NCBI GenBank assembly: GCA_002633005.1
Contig: NMRA01000320.1
Location: forward strand, 126,720-190,719
Direction of reading: 5' to 3'
From: Phoronis australis
Lineage: Eukaryota > Animalia > Phoronida
DNA: 64,000 bases
Numbering within the stretch: the stretch's first letter is position 1; each line of letters begins with the position of its first letter. The position numbers and the translations under genes were made by a program. The notes beneath the pieces were generated by a model, which saw nothing but the letters and a program-made list of their open reading frames with translations, was not told where the DNA came from and searched no databases. This document shows, one piece after another, positions 54,701-64,000 of this stretch.

Positions 54701-57700
54701 AACACTGGACCATTTGCTGTGCAGTAAAAATCCCCTTTAAACGAGACAAGGACTGATTTCAAGAAACCTTTTGACTTTTTCCAATGCCCAGTGGTCAGCC
54801 CAACCTGAGTTTTGTTCTATTCTCACAAGTGGACTGGTCACCAAAGGAGCCATGACTATTCACAAGACCAGTAGTGAGGGTAGTGTTTTTGTTATCAGGA
54901 AATATCTAAATTTGAAAGATTGAAAACGTCCAGGCTGTACTTTTCCATTTTCTTTTAGACATGGAAACCCAATGGAAAGCATAAAATCTGAATAGAGAAG
55001 TTTAAATTAGTCTATGTTGAGTTTTTCAATTTTCAAAATCCGTCAGGTAATAGCAATTTGGTCAACAAAAATCCAAGCCTTGAGCTATTCATTGGAAAGT
55101 AGTTTCAATCATGGCTTTTCAGCTAATTATTCTGCATCACAAGTTCACAAAAGAAGCTAGACCTGAAAGAAAGTGGATAACACCAATAGTGATGATGGAG
55201 TCTTGTTTAAGGGCACGTTCACGACATAACAAAATATAGCAAAAACATTTTGCCAATATCGTTCGCGATATTCATTACATGGTTTAAGCTGAAATCAAAC
55301 CATCATTTTAATGCATATACACAGGATACAACTGAAGTCATTCCTACCATTGGTTGGCCAGGCAAACTGTTACACCTCCCTTAGGCGCAAAGTTTTGTAC
55401 ATTTACAAGTAAATTAAGTTAATCCTCATGATCTATCAGCCTCATGGGGATGTTTGCCGATGCCTCTTTCTACTGCCAGCGTCCATAAGTGTTTCAGATC
55501 ATCCTAGATTCCTCTTGGCAAAACACATTGATACAACTGAGTTGTCGGGGACAACACACATTTATTGTTTCACTCAAAAGACAAAAACAGGGCTGCTGCG
55601 CAGAGAAGTCGAACCAGTAATTTTTCAGTTTAGAGTTCACCACGATCACTACACTTGGATGATTCTTGTGCATATTTTCAAACAGTATGCAGAAACCAAT
55701 GAGAGCCATTGTTCTGAAACAACACAGAATTACCGTGGTTGAATGTCAGCATGGTAATGCTAACTGACCATACATAAACAACACAGAATTACCGTGGCTG
55801 AATGTCACCATGGTAATGCTAACTGACCATACATAAAAATCATGCACAGTTTAAATAAGCCAAAGTACAAGTTACCTCTATAACTAGTCAAAAGTACAGC
55901 CGCACTACCAAAACGGTGTGTTGTGCATGAGGTACCATAGCAGTAGTTGGAGAACTTGCTGGTAACCGCGTCAGACTGTAGAGAGCGCCAGTGGTCAGCA
56001 TAAATGTGTCGAGATCTCCTCCACTGATCCACAGCGTAGCTAGGCATATACCAGCCGAATCTGAAAAGAAGAGAACCTCCCATTTAAGGGAGGCTTCAAC
56101 ATTTAAAGAATAGAAAATTGAAAGTCTCATCATAGGTTATCAAATCTTTTAGCGTAAGCGAAAATCTTTTGGTAGTCAAAGTTTATACAATCAACTACTG
56201 AAAGTTAATTTCAAAACTTATAACCTCATGTGAACAGTCATCATTGTTCATAAACACCTTAGAAATACCACCAATTTCAGGTACAAGAACATCTATTCTT
56301 GGCGTCAGATTTCAGTTAACAGGGCATATTTAAAAAATCATGAAGTAATTGTTCCCTCTTATGACTATTACGCAAAGGATTTCTGTGATGGGACGAGCCT
56401 TAAGGCCTTTGCAGGTTTAACAGTCATTACCACAATTATCAGACCACATGCAGCAGTCTCCTGAAACAGCAAAACCACCAGCCAAAACACTAAAGTGTCA
56501 AATGCAAGAGATTTGGAAATGAACCTATCCGAGCGTGTGTTTTACAATGCTTCGACCAACCATCACCTTCCAAATGGTCCAAGTGGCCCCGCCTCTATAA
56601 CGTCTCCCCTCCTTGTCCACGGATCAGAGTTGAACCCGGCAGGCTTCCATGCCTCAACGTTGATCATGGTCTCGGGAACAGCCGTCTCGATTTGACCACA
56701 TCTGCGTCAAACAAACAAACAATAAATATGATTAGGTCAAAACAAAAGCATTCCACTTTTTTGAAAATTGAGTCAGTGGTGCAGGATTTTTTAGTTGTCC
56801 ATATTTTCCAAAAAAAAGAAAATCCACTGGAGACTAGCAAAAATGACGCGAGATTTTTTTTATTCATTTCTTGGCAAACCTAATTGCTTACCCTTGCTTA
56901 CATACCTTTGCGCAGCTTTTCAAAAAAAACTTGCAGAGACTGATCTCGACTGGCATGTTTGTTTTTTTTTCGTTAGAGAATTTGGTAGACCATAACCAAC
57001 TTCACTACTTTGCCCCACTCAGATTCATTCTTTAGCAAATCAACATTTTTCATTTCCAAAGGTCATCATCTAGCAGTATCAATTCTTCAATTTCTGACAA
57101 AAACAATTGCTGAATTAGCATTTTAAAAATATTTCAAATGCACATTACAAATTCTCAAACCTGTGCCAAATGTATGAAACTTGACTGCCAATAAGAAAAA
57201 TGCTATGACTAAAGTATATTTTCTAGTTCATGATTTCATTGGGAAATTCAACAAATTCTGCTTTATGCAATACTTTTATGAAAAAACTTTCCCCAAACTG
57301 AAATTTTTTATCATAATCAAAATTTTACCCACTATTATTTCAACTTAACGACACCTGTACAATATAAATCACACTTGCAATGAAATAGTTTTCGTTTATT
57401 TTTATTTTTGTTAAGCAATTTGACAAATCAAGATTCTACCTTGCCCCGAAAATCATCAGCATTATTTTAGAAATAAGTGCAATACAGGGCTCGGATACAC
57501 AAAACATCAAAATTTATCTCTACCTAATACGAAGTGTAATTGTTGCATAACACCCAGACTATTGCCTACCACTGACCAGGCCTCCGTTTCATTTAAATCT
57601 CAGCTTAGACCGAAATAAAAATGCTATCATTCCGTCACGTGGACATGCTGCGCTTAATGAACAGTGCTGCTGACGTCATGTCAACAATCAAAACGAAGAG

Positions 57701-60700
57701 GAAACTGAGACCAGATATGTGACAACTAGATGTGATTGTTGTAAGCAAACGTCTAACTTAAACGCAACCTAGCCAGGTAACCACACCTGAGCTCAATCAA
57801 TAATGAAACTGGATAGAGCCAGCTGACGCTAGCAGCTTGTTAAGAACCCTAAAAAGGAGCGCCAGGACGCTCTGAGAAGCTTCAAACTACATCTCTGTTT
57901 GCAGTAAAATTTCTTTCAATTCCAACAAAAATGATGACCACAGATGTCACTGTTTCCACTTTTTAAAAATTCACGGCATTGCTGAAATGTTTACTGTTCT
58001 GCCATCTTGTATTCTAAATTGAAAACCTCTCCAACCATACATCAATAAATAACCTCATTATTACGTTGTAGAAAATGGTAACCTTATAATTCATGGCTAA
58101 TGTGCATACAAAAAGATTTCTGAAAAGACCAATGAAAACTGAAGCTGCCTCTATTAGAAGCGTAGACAGACGGATGCCCTGATCTTCATCAATAAGGCAA
58201 CTGGTACCAGTTTTCTGGGAAGACAAGCAGTCCCCAGTAACCCGCATTTGTAAATGACAATGAACAGATTCACATTGAAAAGCACAAGTGGAGGTCAACC
58301 AGCAGAAAAACAAAATAGACAGACAACATGTTTTTATGTACCTAACGTGAAGGGGTAAAACACCTGTGATCAACAGGTGATATGAATTTGAATGAGGCTG
58401 AGACGAATACATCAATACACTAATAAACCATCGTGACATGAAGCTATTGTTTTATCACTGCAATTATTATGGCTATCACCATCACTGATATGATTATTAT
58501 ATCCTTTTAATTATGAATTATTATTATATAATTACTAACATAGTTGTTACCATCGCAATTACCATTGTCATTAACATAAATTTACGATAATCACCATTAA
58601 CCCAGTTTATACTAAATTAAGGCTCTAATATGACCATACTGTACATAATCAAGCAAAAGTCAATGAAAGAAATTGTACACAGTGGCCACCTGGTTAAGAC
58701 AAGGTGAGGGGGGAATTGTCTTGAGTAGGGGTGTTCATCGCTTGTTTTTTTGTCCACTTCTCATTTCGCAGACACACGTTAATGTTGGCTTTAACTTAGT
58801 GGGTGTCCAGCGTGTCCAACTGGATACCTAAACTTAAAGAGGAACTTGCACCCTAATTCCTTATCTCTGTGATCGATTGGTCAAAATAATTAGAAACACA
58901 ACATATAGCGATAATGTAAACATGTAGGTTGAAAATTGCCGATGTTTTTAAGAATGAGTTTGTGTCGAAAATAATCCGCCGTAAATCACTCAATCCTATC
59001 CAATAAGAATCGTGATGTGGTGTTGGAGGAATAACATTTGAGGCAGGTTATTTCATTACCGGGTTTTCCCGTTGCTCCCAACTTGTTCAATTCTATAGCC
59101 CAACAACAAGTTGGGAAGATGACACCCGGTAGCCAATATCTTACACGACTGATTAACTCCAGTCTGGCATTTATGGTTCGAGGGCCAGCTCTCTTTTGTT
59201 CGATAATTGCTCTAATCTCCAATAAGATCATATCTAGCCTGACTGGACTGTGCTGTTAAAAAAAAGTTAAGTTATAACATATTTGAAAATAAACTAATAA
59301 CATTTCTGAAGTCCTCGTCAAATAGTGATCATGCTTAATTTTGAATCGCCAAAATCGCCCATCTACAGCTGCAGTTACGACACCCTATTCTTTCCGCCCC
59401 TACCAATTCGCTCTGGGTTTGACTGTGTTCACACGTGGTCTGTAATAAGCCTGGTAGATAGTTGGCTAGCCTGTTGTCATACCAGACAAAAGATTGTGCT
59501 TGGCAGTTACCAAAGAAGCACCCTCTACCTCTGGTAAAGTCCCTGAACGGGAAACGCCGTCATGTGAGGCCCCAAGGTACATCATTAGTGCAAAGGTCAC
59601 CTATTTTCCGAATTGTTTTCAGATTTACAAGTTGACAATGAATACAACAGCACTTTGATTAGCGTAGAGGATGTTCAAATAACATTGTTGATTACTTCAA
59701 GCTACACATTAGCACAATTATGAGCATGAAAATACATCTTTAAGGACACCCTATTTAGCATTTGGATGCCCAAGTGAAGTAAGCACGTAAGCATGAGTGT
59801 CTTGTTAACTTTTTAGCAGTTCTGGAAGCTCATTGGCTGGACAAGAGTAAACAAGTTGATGATGTAAGGTACAACCGAAAGCCATAGTCATCCATGGTAA
59901 CCGTCCTAGAACTACACCAGTCAAATTAAACAAATATTCTACATGAGGTTAAGGAGATACAGCCGTATACGAAAAGAATGATACTAGGGGGAGAAACAGT
60001 TAGCTGGAGCTGTCTGAAAATCATGGCCAGTTTTCATGATCTTAGAGTGGTTTCTCGGATAGAGAGAAAACAAGACTTGAAAATAATGAATATGGCCACT
60101 AGGTGGCATAAAATATAAATGAGAGGGCATAATCATCTCTTTTAGAATAGAAACCTATTAGACAAATTTCATGAAAATTCATCTAGGAAAGTGAAAAAAA
60201 ATTACCACTACTAGGGGGCGCAGTCGTTGTCAGATCTGTCTGAAAGTCATCTCCATGAGCTGTCATTTTCATAGAAAAACTTGCTAAATTTAACTTAGTA
60301 CAAAGGGTTCATGAGATACAGCCATGGACGAAAAAAAGCAAAACTACCGCAAAGATGGGCCACAGAAATCGCAGCTGTCCGAAAATCATCATCAGTCATC
60401 CTCTACCCAGTAGAAACACATATATTTATTTTCATCTTAAGAGTGGTTTGGCCGATAGAGAGACAGACACCAAAAAACACTCATATATATAAAAATGGCC
60501 ACTAGGTGGCACAGAATACATCAAAACCATTCCGAAATGGTAAACATCATCTTCACAAATTTCATGAAAATCGGTGAAGAAACTCTGAAGATACATAGGT
60601 AAACGTGAATAAAATTGCCACTACCGTGCACAGCAGAAATAGTAAAAACGGCCAATAGATGTTGCAGAAGATGTCACATTCATCCGAAAACAGGTGTCAT

Positions 60701-62036
60701 TGTCTTCTTAAAAAGATACCTATTTGTTAAATTTCATGAAAATATGTAAAGGAACTCCGAAAATAAGACAAATGTAAAAAGAAATTGCCACTAGAGGGTA
60801 CACCAGTACTCGAATCCGTCCAAATATTCACTCATGCTGTCTCATCTATGATTAGAGCATGTCTGCAAAATTCAATGAACATCGACCGAGGGGAGATACA
60901 GCAGTGAACGTCGTATGAGTAAGACCACAAAATGCACCCACATATGAATGTGTGCCTGTATAAAAATCACCTGGGAAATTCTTAAAACAATGTAATCAAA
61001 TTTATAGTTTAGGTGTTATTTTTTCAGAAAAACGTATGGAGACATTAACCTGTCAGCAAAATAAGACTGGGAATTGACGTTGGTGTTTACAGCATCTGAT
61101 CAATGCTGTACTACAAGTGACAGCTGATGAGTCGTTACCTGATAATAACTGACAACATAACTAGATGCATTACCACAAATGAGGACAATTAACTACTGGA
61201 TAGGCTTCGCATAAGTAAATATTTATCCACGTTACTACAGCTACATTGCTCATGTATAGTGTTACAGGACGAAATAATCAGTAGTCACTTTCAGTTTCAC
61301 AGATGAAACATTCGGCAGCAAGACTTTTTTGTTTGAAAAATGACATATTCAAAAGCTTATCCTGAGAAGAACTTCTTAAAATAGCAGTATACCTTCAGTT
61401 TGGCAGATGAAACATTCTACAGCAAAAAGTTTTTGTTTCAAAAATGACAAATTTGAAAAGCTTACCACAACTGACAACTGACTAAAATATGTTCGAGATC
61501 GAAAACCTTTTATTCATAATCTGACATAAGAATTAATTTTAATGGTTAAAACAACTATTTTTATAGCATGGTAGTTTATTCAAATCTTACAACACACATC
61601 TATATATAAACATGTGTTACAAAAATAAAACATTTTAGCAATCTACCTACCATTTCAGAAGAGTGAGGGTTGAGTGAGGGTAGAGTGAGGGTTGAGTGAG
61701 GATTGAGTGAGGGTTGAGTGAGGGTTGAGTGAGGGTAGAGTGAGGGTAGAGTGAGGGTAGAGTGAGGGTAGAGCGAGGGTAGAGTGAAGAGAAACCAAAA
61801 TATTTTAAGACTGTCCAACACTTACATAGATCCCCGGCAGCCAGACAGTCGTCTCAAAACATTCGTGATATTGACGCCATCGTTGTGCGACACAATTTTC
61901 ACATTGTGATAACCAATGAATTCCTTGAGTAGAATCTTGAGGATGTGATTGGTGATTTGGTGAGAGATTCTGTCGCTTGACTCCAACACAATGGGCACGG
62001 GCTCACGTCTGATGTTGAAACTGCGCAAGTAGGCAG
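35942..62036 (-). CDS. VKR: Venus kinase receptor: OpuAC/ProX-like domain + Venus flytrap domain + TM helix + InsR-like tyrosine kinase; 18 exons in window (~4088 nt, ~1360 aa); 5' end probably outside window
   Basis: GABA-B-type flytrap motifs (IYLGGMFP, ILGPACS, YPFFFRT, GYVWFLPSW, YAYDAVW, FQGVSG). TM AIVVANVLGVGLCLLFIAVIVFLIV. Kinase motifs LGQGAFG, VAVK, HRDIACRN, DFGMAR, YYRFSKRGMLPVRWM, SDVWSFG. All junctions are GT-AG and phase-consistent. Confidence 0.9.
37405..37612 (-). CDS. VKR: VKR exon q (GMLPVRWMAPES...SDVWSFG...)
   Basis: Within ORF 37401-37622. Confidence 0.92.
38103..38215 (-). CDS. VKR: VKR exon p (DIACRNCLV...DFGMARPMFDHGYYRFSKR)
   Basis: Catalytic loop and DFG; manual translation. 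Confidence 0.92.
38432..38582 (-). CDS. VKR: VKR exon o (GDLKTFLL...YVH)
   Basis: Kinase subdomain VIa. Confidence 0.92.
38922..39150. repeat. ~30-39-bp degenerate minisatellite
   Basis: Unit ttcaagaagtctatcccatccaacaataata. Confidence 0.9.
39487..39607 (-). CDS. VKR: VKR exon n (LEFLSEAETMK...MEFMLH)
   Basis: Kinase subdomains III-V. Confidence 0.92.
39976..40210 (-). CDS. VKR: VKR exon m (juxtamembrane, LGQGAFG, VAVK)
   Basis: Within ORF 39877-40242. Confidence 0.92.
40324..40425. mobile_element. ~100-bp PIF/Harbinger-like mini-MITE
   Basis: TIRs GGGCCGTTCCAAGAA / TTCTTGGAACGGGCCC. Confidence 0.65.
40509..40650 (-). CDS. VKR: VKR exon l (transmembrane exon)
   Basis: CSIESFRALLGVSCSEAIVVANVLGVGLCLLFIAVIVFLIVRR; GTGAGT donor. 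Confidence 0.88.
40874..40960. repeat. 27-bp tandem repeat x3
   Basis: aattggtctcaacatgttccttagtca. Confidence 0.85.
40970..42170. repeat. ~600-bp direct duplication (40970-41578 / 41580-42170) around the N at 41579, including the 3' part of VKR exon k; probable allelic assembly artefact
   Basis: Near-identical copies with SNPs and a ~20-bp indel, joined by a single N. Confidence 0.9.
42088..42295 (-). CDS. VKR: VKR exon k (ATNFQGVSG...IKWYSGQQPTDG)
   Basis: End of flytrap domain; GTAGGT donor. Confidence 0.88.
42886..43190. repeat. Repeat element with internal ~41-bp tandem units rich in GTGAGAA
   Basis: cagtgagaatttt...gaaaatt..gagtgagaa x3, plus inverted ctcact copies. Confidence 0.7.
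43415..43606 (-). CDS. VKR: VKR exon j (...YAYDAVWMYALAL...)
   Basis: Overlaps ORF 43202-43597. Confidence 0.9.
44780..45046 (-). CDS. VKR: VKR exon i (GMTPQNGYVWFLPSW...)
   Basis: Overlaps ORF 44711-45043. Confidence 0.9.
45373..45468 (-). CDS. VKR: VKR exon h (YLEDFRAKHVKIIIGDFYE...CEAYKM)
   Basis: Flytrap motif; canonical sites. Confidence 0.9.
46147..46330 (-). CDS. VKR: VKR exon g (NVYARLFMSMKWKRVGTI...)
   Basis: Manual translation; WKRV motif. Confidence 0.87.
48341..48494 (-). CDS. VKR: VKR exon f (GPACSDTAEP...YPFFFRT)
   Basis: Flytrap motif; canonical sites. Confidence 0.9.
48842..49321 (+). mobile_element. ~480-bp Tourist/Harbinger-like MITE, copy 1
   Basis: TIR AGGGCCTTTCATA...TATGAAAGAGCCT flanked by TAA/TAA; homologous to 62931-63421. 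Confidence 0.75.
52362..52512. mobile_element. ~150-bp Harbinger-like mini-MITE
   Basis: Imperfect TIRs GGTCTAGGTTGCATAAAA / TTTTATGCAGCTGGGCCC. Confidence 0.55.
52677..52838 (-). CDS. VKR: VKR exon e (GAQMALDLVN...DTMC...IGIL)
   Basis: Flytrap motif; canonical sites. Confidence 0.9.
53314..53832 (+). repeat. Dispersed ~510-bp repeat, copy A (inverted relative to 59050-59565)
   Basis: Reverse-complement similarity along its length; spurious ORFs share ILLEIRAIIEQKRAGP. Confidence 0.88.
54066..54596 (-). CDS. VKR: VKR exon d (end of PBP2-like domain, start of flytrap IYLGGMFP)
   Basis: Overlaps ORF 54052-54579. Confidence 0.88.
55717..55837. repeat. ~59-bp tandem duplication just past the VKR exon c donor
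   Basis: aaacaacacagaattaccgtgg...aactgaccatacat occurs twice. Confidence 0.88.
55876..56060 (-). CDS. VKR: VKR exon c (FGWYMPSY...DHWRSL...AVLLTSYR)
   Basis: Within ORF 55805-56083; phase 2/1. Confidence 0.8.
56567..56701 (-). CDS. VKR: VKR exon b (CGQIETAVPETMINVEAWKP...AGPLGPFG)
   Basis: Manual translation; phase 2/2. Confidence 0.8.
59050..59565 (-). repeat. Dispersed ~510-bp repeat, copy B
   Basis: Inverted copy of 53314-53832. Confidence 0.88.
59940..60910. repeat. Complex degenerate repeat with recurring GCCACTAGRKGGC, AAATTTCATGAAAAT and GAGATACAGC motifs
   Basis: Each motif recurs 3-7 times across ~1 kb. Confidence 0.7.
61288..61466. repeat. Diverged ~105-bp-period duplication
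   Basis: ttcagttt..cagatgaaacattc...aaaagctta occurs twice. Confidence 0.7.
61660..61786. repeat. 10-bp tandem repeat (GAGTGAGGGW)n, ~12 copies
   Basis: Directly visible. Confidence 0.95.
61826..62036 (-). CDS. VKR: VKR exon a (PIVLESSDRISHQITNHILKILLKEFIGY; start of PBP2-like domain)
   Basis: Strong polypyrimidine acceptor ctttctgtttctgttacttcag; GTAAGT donor; phase fits next exon. Confidence 0.78.
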
Positions 62037-62930
62037 CTGAAGTAACAGAAACAGAAAGTGTCCAATGATAAACCAGGAAAATGTCGCCAAGACAATAAAG
62101 TGCACAGCAGTTAATTGTTTTCATGGTTGAAGTTAGGTTCGGGTCAGACACCAAGTATTGGGGTCCGTCTAAACACCTTCAATGAAACAGGCCAGAGACT
62201 GGCAGAAATGGCCAACTTTGGCCAAACACACCTCACATGAGATGCCCAGGCATTTATTTGGTGTTACCAAAACGCCTGGAAATTTTCATTTTCCGAATAC
62301 ATTCCCAGAAAATCCTGGTAGGTCAAATGCCAAAGCATCTGCCACTGTAAAAAATGTAAAACCATGGCAAAAATGTAACTAAATTGAGGTCTAGGTAAAT
62401 TACAACATAATATAAGCCATATCAACAGCATTACATTAACAAATCAACATGCATAGTGAACCATGGTATCAGTAACACTGACAGTTGTACAAATGATAAT
62501 CAATCATATATCACAGTTTATGACAGGTATCAGCAATTAACTAAAAAACGACAAAATATAAATCTTAGTTTAGGTTGGTATCATGAATTGCGTTGTTGAA
62601 ATTTTGTCACTAAAAGGTGAAACTCACAAGTTTTTGATCTGATTCCAAGGCAAATGAAATATTTCGATGACCGTGAAAATAATTAATCTAGATTAATCAC
62701 TAAGCGATGAACGAGTCTCCACACTCTTAAGGAAAACAATTACTTTTTCTGTGCACAAACAAAAGGGTGTGAATTAGAATTCAACATCAGTACTAAATCA
62801 CTAAGTGCTTGTAACTAGGTTCATGGCAGAAATATGGAGATTATTCAAGGAGAACTGTTTTGTTTGGCAGTTATTCTACAGTTAATGTAGCGGGAATCTC
62901 ATCATCAGATATGAGCCTGAAGCCATCTTA

Positions 62931-63421
62931 AGACCCTTTCACACTAACTTAACTCTGGTATGAGCCGAGCGTCGACTGCGAAGTTAATTGAATTGAATCG
63001 TTCAACCAGCTTTGGTAGTTAACGGCATTGAAGTAAATGGTAGGTGACATTGTGGAAATCGAAGTAATTGCAAGGTGCCGCTGATGCATCCCGTGCACAC
63101 TAAGACTTTTTTAACGTGACAATTTGAGGACATTTACATGTGCTAATTGACAAAAAAATTTATTTCTAATTTGATTGGTGATTGTTCGAGGAAAATACAA
63201 ACAACTATTAGCGCTTCTTCATTGTTGACAATAACAGTGACCCCTGGCGATAACTTCGATAACACCGAAGTTGACCGCAGTGTCGACGCTCTGCTGTTAA
63301 ATTCACCTATTTACTGTGAAGTTAATTGGCGCTGTTACTTCGATCAAGGACCGAAGTTAACCATTCATACTGACTGCAACTTCCCAAAACATCGACGTAT
63401 TGATGTTAGTATGAAAGGGCC
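62931..63421 (+). mobile_element. ~490-bp Tourist/Harbinger-like MITE, copy 2
   Basis: Homologous to 48842-49321; ends AGACCCTTTCACA...TATGAAAGGGCC. Confidence 0.75.
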
Positions 63422-63967
63422 TAATCAAGAAGACAGACACAGAAACAAAACATTAATTGACATGCAGTAGGGAACAAAAACAAGTGGGAGGGCACGGTCA
63501 GAATTCAATAAATGAATTAAGGATAATTGAGCTTTTTATCCAGAATTGATTTTGAAGTATTCAGATATTGACAGCATTAAGACTGATGTGTCAAAATGAA
63601 TTGGTGAATATTCAATATAGCAAAGTGTCATCCGGAGACCACTCAGGCAGACTTGATATGCAAATGAGCTAAAAAAACTTGCAACGGAAGTAAGTTGAGC
63701 TCCTTTGATTTTTTTCAAATGACATTACCATCGAGTGTGAAACCAGTTTGCGTTGCTAGCCTCAGTCTCTACCTTCCACCACTGTGCAGTATTTATTCAT
63801 CTTTTTGATTGATCAACTTTTTAAACAAATGTGAGTCACTAAAACAGCTCACAGTTGTTTACACTCTTGCCTCGATATAGTGGCTTCAATATTCAAATCT
63901 GATAAACTGTCCTTCTTTGATTCAAAATACCTGCACATTATATATTCGTCTTTTCCCTTCATAATTA

Positions 63968-64000
63968 AGGGCCTTTCATATTAACGTCGGCGCGTCGATG
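63968..64000 (-). mobile_element. Start of a third, inverted copy of the same MITE (truncated by window edge)
   Basis: agggcctttcatattaacgtcggcgcgtcgatg is the reverse complement of the right ends of copies 1 and 2. Confidence 0.7.

Noticed and set aside
53517-59259. Two similar short ORFs (ILLEIRAIIEQKRAGP) suggesting a small gene pair
   Set aside because: They come from the inverted repeat copies, and the frames diverge through indels
61121-61160. CTGATGA-GTC...GAC hammerhead-like start
   Set aside because: The required GAAA after stem II is absent
62037-62154. In-frame ATG at 62124 as the VKR start (MKTINCCALYCLGDIF...)
   Set aside because: Poor signal peptide and a strong splice acceptor at 62037; more likely intron, with the true first exon outside the window (not fully excluded)

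Overview
This window is AT-rich, intron-rich animal (invertebrate) genomic DNA, not prokaryotic sequence. It holds two multi-exon genes in tandem on the minus strand, both rebuilt by hand with GT-AG junctions and consistent reading-frame phases. (1) The 5' part of a giant type III classical cadherin, DN-cadherin/CadN-like: 21 coding exons, about 1,820 aa, starting at ATG 27499 and running off the window's left edge. (2) A Venus kinase receptor (VKR): 18 coding exons, about 1,360 aa, 62036 down to stop 35942, with the first exon probably beyond the right edge. The VKR has a GABA-B-like Venus flytrap domain, one TM helix and an insulin-receptor-like tyrosine kinase. It also has an extra N-terminal domain that reads like a bacterial glycine-betaine ABC substrate-binding protein (ProX/OpuAC, type 2 periplasmic binding protein). 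Three of the four exons for that domain are bracketed by a ~510-bp intronic inverted repeat. Introns and intergenic DNA carry several MITE families, hairpin-containing minisatellites and a repeat carrying multiple CTCF-like motifs. Two duplications centred on single Ns are most likely heterozygous-haplotype assembly artefacts. No rRNA, tRNA gene or CRISPR array is supported. Family assignments rest on recalled motifs, not database searches.
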